From contig JACPMV010000022.1 of assembly GCA_016185845.1 (NCBI GenBank), forward strand, positions 1-44,937: DNA of 44,937 nt, written 5' to 3'. Under the pieces are notes generated by a model, which saw only the letters and a program-made list of their open reading frames with translations, was not told the DNA's origin and made no database searches. Numbering within the stretch: the first letter of the stretch is position 1; every line of letters starts with the position of its first letter. Of the stretch, positions 38,468 to 44,937 are shown piece after piece. This DNA is from Candidatus Woesearchaeota archaeon. GTDB lineage: Archaea; Nanobdellota; Nanobdellia; Woesearchaeales; GW2011-AR4. The position numbers and the translations under genes were made by a program.

Positions 38468-40040
38468 ATGGAACAGAATTTTGAAAAGCCAAAGGATGTA
38501 AAAAAAGTAAGCGAAACTATCTGGGAAATACCAACCAGTTATAAGAAAGGTATGTTGGTACCAGCTAGGATTTATGCTACAAAAAAACTCCTTGATGGAA
38601 TGGATAATGGGGTTTTTAACCAGGTAACAAATGTTGCTTGCCTTCCAGGAATTCAAAAGTATAGTTTCTGCATGCCAGATGGGCACTGGGGATTCTGAGT
38701 AAGTTAATTCTTATTCAGCCCTTGACGGTTTTCCCATCGGCGGAGTTGCTGCTTTTGATTCAGAAACAGGAGTTATTTCTCCGGGCGGAATCGGCTTCGA
38801 CATAAACTGCGGAATGCGATTAGTTACAACTAATTTAACTTTCAAGGAAGTCCAGCCAAAATTAAGGGAATTAGTTGACACAATGTTCAGGACAGTTCCT
38901 TCAGGCGTTGGCGCTAAAGGTTTTGTCCAGGCTACAAAGCCGCAATTCAAGGAAATAATGACAGACGGCTCAAGATGGTGCGTTGAAAACGGATTTGGAT
39001 GGAAGGAGGATTTGGAGAGAACAGAAGGATATGGGAAGATTGAATGGGCCGATCCTGAGAAAGTTTCATCAAAAGCATTGGACAGGGGCATAAATCAGCT
39101 CGGTACATTAGGCTCAGGAAACCATTATCTTGAAATCCAGGTCGCAAAAGCAGAAAATATTTTTGATGAAGAAATGGCAAAAAAATTTGGAATCCATACC
39201 CCTGAGCAGGTTGTCATAATGGTTCATTGCGGCTCAAGAGGGTTTGGCCACCAGATTGGCACGGATTATCTAAGGATTTTTGAAGAGAATACAATGAAAA
39301 AATATAACATTCATGTTTACGACAGGGAGCTTGCATGCGCGCCTTTCCAGAGCAACGAAGGCCAGGATTACTATAAGGCAATGGCGTGCGCCGCAAACAT
39401 GGCATTTGCAAACCGCCAAGTCATTTTGCACAGGATAAGGGAAGGATTTTCAAAAGTTTTCCATACAGATGCTGAAAAGCTTGAAATGCACATGATCTAT
39501 GATGTTGCGCATAATATCGCAAAACTGGAAGAGCACACTGTTGACGGAAAAAGAAAAAAGCTTGTTGTGCACAGAAAAGGAAGCACAAGGGCTTTTCCTC
39601 CAAAACATCCCGAGCTTGCGCCGATTTTCAAGGAAACAGGACAGCCAGTCATAATAGGAGGCTCGATGGAAACAGGAAGTTTTTTATTGGTTGGGACGCA
39701 AAAAGCAATGGACGAGACATTCGGCTCAACAGCCCACGGCTCAGGAAGGACAATGTCAAGAACTGCTGCAAAGCACCAGGTTCGCGGAGACCAACTGCAG
39801 AAAGACATGGAAAAAAGAGGGATATATGTCAAGGCAACTTCAATGTCGGGGCTTGCTGAGGAAGCCGGATTCGCATATAAGGATATAAATGATGTAGTTG
39901 ATGCTGTTTCAAAAGCAGGAATAAGCAAACCGGTCGTGTCGCTTTTCCCTCTGGGAAATATCAAAGGGACTGCTAACTTGAATATTATAAATCTGTTTTT
40001 TGCAGCAATATTGCTTTTATTTTTGATTTTAGTTCTTTAA
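38468..40040 (+). CDS. rtcB: tRNA-splicing ligase RtcB, two exons join(38468..38693,38725..40040), 513 aa when spliced
   Basis: GGAGG RBS; MPDGHWG-Y-GFPIGGV restored by splicing; GFDINCG, GTLGSGNHYLE, HCGSRG, HNIA, HRKG, HGSGR, YKD. Confidence 0.93.
38694..38724 (+). other. 31-nt BHB intron in rtcB mRNA
   Basis: GGGG [AT|T] CTGAGTAAG ttaatt CTTATTCAG CCCT [TG|A]: 4-bp central helix, two 3-nt bulges, 9-bp intron stem, in-frame TGA. Confidence 0.88.
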
Positions 40041-40043
40041 ACA

Positions 40044-40180
40044 TCAAAATTCCACTAGTCTATTTGACTAGTGGTTTGCTGTCACAAACCAAATTGAGTG
40101 GAATTTTGAGCGTGCTCAAAAACCACTGAATAACCATTGCGATAGCAGCATGCTACCAGTCTCTGACTAGTGGTTTTTGA
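40044..40180. mobile_element. Two-arm palindromic mini-element (intergenic copy)
   Basis: TCAAAATTCCACT..AGTGGAATTTTGA + GCGTGC + TCAAAAACCACT..AGTGGTTTTTGA, with nested hairpins. Confidence 0.7.
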
Positions 40181-40234
40181 CATAACCAATAACTTTATAT
40201 ATTACTTAATATTAAAAGATATATATTAATATTA

Positions 40235-40465
40235 ATGGATATTTCACAATATGATTTGGTGATTAAGAGGCATGTTTTTGAGCGCGCTATGCAGCGCGGA
40301 ATACATCCTGATATGATTGAAGATACTTTGTTAAAAGGAAAGATCAAGAGATTCGGAAAACACGGAATAAAATTCATCAATAAGGGTTCGAAAAGAACAA
40401 CAGTATGTGTTGGTGAATTGGTCGGGAACAGGCTAAAGATTTTAACAATTGAGGAGGGCAATTAA
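40235..40465 (+). CDS. DUF4258-like toxin
   Basis: RHVFERAMQRGIHPDMIEDTL...LKILTIE. Confidence 0.7.
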   Translation: MDISQYDLVIKRHVFERAMQRGIHPDMIEDTLLKGKIKRFGKHGIKFINKGSKRTTVCVGELVGNRLKILTIEEGN

Positions 40466-40466
40466 A

Positions 40467-40769
40467 ATGAGAAAATGCACGGAATGCAGCGGGTCTATGC
40501 AGCAGCTAAAGGCAAAAACTCCTGAAGGAGTTGAGTATAGTTACTTTAAATGCCTAAAAGACGGAGAAGAAATAGTTGACATGAAACAATTGCATGAAGT
40601 TGCAGAACGCTATAGAACATTAAAAAAATATAATGTAAAACTCTCGAAATGGGGCTTGAGTCTCGGATTAAGGATTCCGAAAGAACTTGTTGAAAAATAC
40701 AAATTAAAAAATGAAAAGGAAGTCTCAATTGTTCCGGAAAAAACCGGACTGAGAATTATAACATCTTAA
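40467..40769 (+). CDS. Zn-ribbon plus AbrB/MazE-like antitoxin
   Basis: CTECSG..FKCLKDGEE; SKWGLSLGLRIPKELV. Confidence 0.78.
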   Translation: MRKCTECSGSMQQLKAKTPEGVEYSYFKCLKDGEEIVDMKQLHEVAERYRTLKKYNVKLSKWGLSLGLRIPKELVEKYKLKNEKEVSIVPEKTGLRIITS

Positions 40770-40783
40770 GCACCATAATCAAA

Positions 40784-41456
40784 ATGCCAACAACACTATT
40801 ACTCATTTTGGCATCTGTGCTTATTGTCAGCCTTGTTTCTGTTCTAGGAATTTTAATATTCCTTAAGAAAAAGACTCTTAACAAGTTTCTGTTTTATCTT
40901 GTAAGCTTTGCCGCAGGGACTTTATTGGGAGCTGCATTTCTTGATTTGCTGCCAGAGGTCATTGAGGAAGGTTTCAATGGATTTATTCCGTTGCTTATTT
41001 TGGCAGGCATACTTTCGTTTTTCATTCTTGAGAAATTCCTGCACTGGCACCACCATCACACCGAGCATGAGCATGAAACCCACGCTTTTACTTATCTTAA
41101 TCTGGTTGGAGACGGCATACATAATTTCCTTGACGGCGCGGTGAGAGATCGCTGATTTCTCTGTCCTGATTTACGGCGGCTTTTCAAAAATGAAGGCTCT
41201 TGTCTATAATTTCCTTACAGCTCTGACAGCTATGATAGGCGCTCTTCTAACTTATTTCTTCTCGAGCGCGATTGAGGGCTCGCATACTTACATTGCTGCA
41301 TTCGCTATAGGCGGCTTTGTTTACATTGCAGGCACTGACCTGATTCCGGAGATACAAAAGGAAAAAAATGCCAGAAAATCCCTACTCCAGCTTCTGATGC
41401 TTGCCCTGGGCATAGCCTTGATATGGATTGTAGGAAAGGTTTTTGAAGGGCATTAG
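40784..41456 (+). pseudogene. ZIP-family zinc transporter with internal deletion and frameshift near 41144
   Basis: SFAAGTLLG, HWHHHH, GDGIHNFLDG, then a jump in another frame to EIADFSVLIYGG..YIAGTDLIPE; the HEIP segment is missing. Confidence 0.8.
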
Positions 41457-41471
41457 ATTATTCTTTTTAAC

Positions 41472-41900
41472 ATGGTTAAATACAAATTTCTTGAGGATAT
41501 TGCAATAGCGGATATAGCCTACGAGGCATACGGCAAAGACTTGAACGAATTGTTTGAGAATGCCGCTATGGCAATTTTCGAGCTGAGCGCGGACATCAAA
41601 ACAGTCGAAGCAAAAGAAAAAATTGAATTTGAGCTTGAAAATGAGAAACTGGATAATCTGCTTTATGACTTCCTGTCTGAAATCCTGTTTCTTAAGGATT
41701 CAAAATACATGGTGTTCAGGAAAGTAAAAGTGGATTTGGAAGAGGGAAATCCGAACAAACTGAAGGCAGTGATGCATGGCGATACCATCAATCCAAACAA
41801 GCAGCATCTTGAGAATGACATTAAGGCTGTGACAATGCACATGTTTGAGCTGAAAAAAGATAAAGGAGGGTATACTGCAAGGATTGTATTGGATATTTAA
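41472..41900 (+). CDS. Archease (RtcB cofactor)
   Basis: YKFLED..ADIAYEAYGKDLNELFENAA, IKAVTMH, ARIVLDI. Confidence 0.93.
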   Translation: MVKYKFLEDIAIADIAYEAYGKDLNELFENAAMAIFELSADIKTVEAKEKIEFELENEKLDNLLYDFLSEILFLKDSKYMVFRKVKVDLEEGNPNKLKAVMHGDTINPNKQHLENDIKAVTMHMFELKKDKGGYTARIVLDI

Positions 41901-42130
41901 AACAGCTTATTTCTGAAAAAATAAAATCCCATCTTTATGAAATAGTAATTCAGCTCATAAAACAGCCCAAAATACCAAAAAGACAGGGCTACGGCAACAA
42001 AATACTTTGTTTTACTGAGCATAATGGTTGTCCAGAATAAGTCATATTTAAATGTTACGTTTTTGTATATTGATATAGGAAAGAGTATATTTAATTAAAA
42101 ATTAAGCGAACTTTTGAAAGATTTGGCATT

Positions 42131-42784
42131 TCAAAGATTTGGAGAATGCGGAGATGTTGTAATGCCGGTTTGTTCTAATCTGCTCAATAATTCTTCCAAA
42201 GAAGCTGCTGGCTGTGCAGTTCCTCGATTATCTACCAATACAATCCCTGGAAAATCTGATTTTGCTATTTCTTGTTCTGTCCCAAAAAATAAAGGCGGTT
42301 GGTTTTCCATATATGCAAATCTTCCTCCACCAAACAAAGAATTCTGCAGACTGGCTGCTTCTGGCAAAAAATCAGAATTTGCCACATATTCTCCTTCTTC
42401 ATTTCTTGCTGTTAATAAAAAATAATTTCTATTAAATAACAAATTTGGGTTAAAATGAGGCTGAATTCCTTCAACTTTTATTGCATACTCTATCGCTAAT
42501 TTAACCGCTACAATTTGTTCAACAGCTTGAGGTGGTGTTAAGGTAAAATCATATGGACGAAAATGTAAAGTAGTATCGTCTGAAGTTTTAAATATTAAAT
42601 TTGTTCCTCCCAGAAAGGTTCTTTCTGGCACAACTAATCCGGAAGATTCAATATACTTCCTAAATGTAGATCCAAATAAATCTAGCGGGATACTTTCTTT
42701 TAAATCCAATGATATGGTGTAAATTCCTTTCATTTTTACATTAAGTAATTTAAGTAAAGAACTCTTTTTTAATATAGGGAACAA
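42131..42784 (-). CDS. Hypothetical protein
   Basis: About 200-aa ORF, no motif recognised; true start may be MKGIY. Confidence 0.55.
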   Translation of the reverse strand: MFPILKKSSLLKLLNVKMKGIYTISLDLKESIPLDLFGSTFRKYIESSGLVVPERTFLGGTNLIFKTSDDTTLHFRPYDFTLTPPQAVEQIVAVKLAIEYAIKVEGIQPHFNPNLLFNRNYFLLTARNEEGEYVANSDFLPEAASLQNSLFGGGRFAYMENQPPLFFGTEQEIAKSDFPGIVLVDNRGTAQPAASLEELLSRLEQTGITTSPHSPNL

Positions 42785-42803
42785 GTTTAGCTTAAAAATC
42801 TAT

Positions 42804-44444
42804 CTAAACCGGGCAAATCTCCTGCCCCAGCTTCTTAACTAACTCATAATTCTCGGAATAGTCAACAGGCACATCGATTATGCAGACTGTGTCCTGCTTC
42901 AATGCGTCTTTCAGCATTTTTGAAAAATCCTCGGCTTTTTGAACCTTATATCCCTTTGCCCCGAAACTCTCAGCATATTTTACGAAATCGGGATTCATGA
43001 AATCATTTCCAAAGCTTTTGTCGTGATGTATCCTCTGCTTCCACTCTATCATCCCGTATTTTGAGTCATTGAATATCACAATTACGAAGCTTAATCCAAG
43101 GCGCATTGCAGTCTCGATTTCCTGGCTGTTCATCAAAAAGCCGCCGTCTCCGCAGACAACAACAACCTTTTTGTCAGGATGCACCAGTTTTGCGGCTATT
43201 GCGCCGGGCAATGCAATCCCCATTGAGCAAAGCCCGTTGTCAATAAGGCAGGTATTCGGCTCATAAGTCTTGTACATCCTTGCTGTCCATATCTTGTGCA
43301 TTCCGACATCGGAAATCACAATGTCAGAATCTGCCAAAGATTTTCTTATATCATAGATTATCCTCTGCGGCTTTAACGGAAAAGAGCTGTCATTTATTTT
43401 TTCCTCGTGATCCTTGACAATAGCCTGCCTTAGCCTGAAAAAATACTCCGGATTCCCTTTTGGCTCATTTTTTAGCTTTTCCCTCAAAACCCACAGTGTG
43501 TTTGAAACATCCCCTATGACTTCCAGGTCAGGATTGTAATATTCGTCAACTTCGCTTGGCTTAAAGTCAATATGAATTATCTTCCTGTCTTTTCGCTTGT
43601 TCCAGTGGAAAGGCGCGAACTCAACTACATTATAGCCCAAAGTGATAATTAAGTCTGCCCTGTCAAAGCCGCAAACAAAATAATCCTTTGCATTTATTCC
43701 TGTTGTAAATAACGAGTATTTTGACTTGTCGCTTATTGCTCCCTTTCCCATCTGGGTATGGACAATTGGAATTCCTCTTTCCTCGACAAAAGCATTAAGC
43801 TGCTTGCTGACTCTTGTCCTTATGCAGCCGTTGCCGGCCAATATCAAAGGATTTTTTGCTGCTTTAATCATCTCAACTGCCTGGGCAACTGCCTTGTCAT
43901 CGGCGCTTGGCCTTCTTACTTTTATTATTTTTAGCGGCTCGGCTTCAATGTCTTTTTTTGCAATATCTTCAGGCAGCTCCAAATGGCATGGGCCTGGCCT
44001 TTCCATTTCAGCTGTTTTGAACGCCTTTCTTACTGCTTCAGGAATGATTGAGGGTATTGTAATCGATGCATTCCATTTTGTGATTGGGCGAAAAGCCCTT
44101 GCAACGTCAATGAACTGGAAATTTTCCTTGTGAAACCTGTGCAGTCCTGCCTGGCCTGTAATGGCAACAACCGGCATATTCCCGAGATGGGCATCAGCCA
44201 AGCCAGTTGTCAGGTTCATTGCTCCGGGGCCTAAAGTTGAGAGGCATACTCCGGCTTTTCCTGTTAATTTTCCGTATATAGCTGCCATGAAAGCAGCTCC
44301 CTGCTCATGCCTTGTGGGAATGAACTTGATTTTAGAATTAATTAAAGAAAGCATGATATCTTCATTTTCCTCGCCCGGAACGCCGAAGATGTACTCTACC
44401 TCTTCATTTTCAAGGCATTTTATGAATAATTCGCTTGCTTTCAT
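42804..44444 (-). CDS. Acetolactate synthase large subunit-like TPP enzyme
   Basis: FGVPGEEN, RHEQGAAFMA, TLGPG, GDGGFLMNSQE TPP motif. Confidence 0.92.
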   Translation of the reverse strand: MKASELFIKCLENEEVEYIFGVPGEENEDIMLSLINSKIKFIPTRHEQGAAFMAAIYGKLTGKAGVCLSTLGPGAMNLTTGLADAHLGNMPVVAITGQAGLHRFHKENFQFIDVARAFRPITKWNASITIPSIIPEAVRKAFKTAEMERPGPCHLELPEDIAKKDIEAEPLKIIKVRRPSADDKAVAQAVEMIKAAKNPLILAGNGCIRTRVSKQLNAFVEERGIPIVHTQMGKGAISDKSKYSLFTTGINAKDYFVCGFDRADLIITLGYNVVEFAPFHWNKRKDRKIIHIDFKPSEVDEYYNPDLEVIGDVSNTLWVLREKLKNEPKGNPEYFFRLRQAIVKDHEEKINDSSFPLKPQRIIYDIRKSLADSDIVISDVGMHKIWTARMYKTYEPNTCLIDNGLCSMGIALPGAIAAKLVHPDKKVVVVCGDGGFLMNSQEIETAMRLGLSFVIVIFNDSKYGMIEWKQRIHHDKSFGNDFMNPDFVKYAESFGAKGYKVQKAEDFSKMLKDALKQDTVCIIDVPVDYSENYELVKKLGQEICPV

Positions 44445-44453
44445 CTTTTACCC

Positions 44454-44937
44454 TTAATAAACATTAATCCCTTTCACATTGACAAACTCCCTTAATCCGT
44501 ATTTTGAAAGTTCCCTTCCGATTCCTGATTTCTTCACTCCGCCAAACGGCATTCTAGGGTCTGATTTTACGACAGAGTTTATGAAAACGCATCCTGCCTC
44601 TATTTTTCTTGCAATCTTCAATGCCTTGCCTTCATTCTTTGTAAATATGCTTGCGCCTAATCCGTATTCACTGCTGTTTGCAATCTCGACTGCTTCTTTC
44701 TCGTCATTGGCTAGGATTATTGGAGCAACAGGACCGAAAACCTCTTCTTTCACGACTTTCATGTTGATATTCACATCAGCCAAAACTGTAGGCATGTAAA
44801 AAAATCCTTTCCTGTCAAGCCTTTTTCCTCCAGTCAAGACTATTGCCCCTTTTTTAACCGAATCATTTACCTGCTCTTCAATCTGCTCAACCTGGTCTTC
44901 GTTGACCAAAGGGCCCACATCGGTTTCCATCAGCATA
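44454..44937 (-). CDS. NAD(P)-dependent aldehyde dehydrogenase, 3' part (truncated by the window edge)
   Basis: EEVFGPV, YGLGAS, PFGGVKKSGIGRE. Confidence 0.92.
   Translation of the reverse strand, partial: MLMETDVGPLVNEDQVEQIEEQVNDSVKKGAIVLTGGKRLDRKGFFYMPTVLADVNINMKVVKEEVFGPVAPIILANDEKEAVEIANSSEYGLGASIFTKNEGKALKIARKIEAGCVFINSVVKSDPRMPFGGVKKSGIGRELSKYGLREFVNVKGINVY

Noticed and set aside
38696-38698. Selenocysteine or stop-codon readthrough at the rtcB TGA
   Set aside because: The downstream part is in a different frame (31-nt insert), so readthrough cannot restore the protein; the intron model restores the conserved Tyr exactly.
1-44937. CRISPR array, rRNA, integrase or transposase genes; the many short antisense ORFs in the track
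   Set aside because: No repeat-spacer periodicity or relevant motifs were seen; the antisense ORFs overlap well-supported genes and lack motifs.

Overview
Archaeal genomic window. Archease, archaeal PpcA, a single-OB SSB, TATA-like promoters and bulge-helix-bulge (BHB) introns mark it as archaeal; assignment to DPANN, probably Woesearchaeota-like, is my inference. Most of it is ordinary content: purN/purH, XPD and DEAD helicases, trhO, ppcA, a liv ABC transporter, a copper-ATPase locus, lgt, a type IV pilus/T2SS ATPase plus platform, acetolactate synthase and four toxin-antitoxin-like pairs. The standout is an RNA-splicing locus at about 36.2-41.9 kb. (1) The rtcB gene, encoding the tRNA-splicing ligase, is itself interrupted by a 31-nt BHB intron (38694-38724) that contains a stop codon. 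Removing it at the BHB-predicted sites restores HWGYGFPIGG, so the ligase mRNA would need the splicing machinery it encodes. (2) A tRNA-Phe(GAA) gene nearby appears to carry four introns (4/5, 20/21, 27/28, 37/38), with a free-standing LAGLIDADG endonuclease directly upstream. (3) A further BHB-like motif sits in the rtcB leader, and archease lies downstream. Also notable are a two-arm palindromic mini-element, one copy of which is inserted in frame in livG, and several deletion/frameshift lesions that may be assembly errors. All folding and family calls were made by eye; no searches were run.
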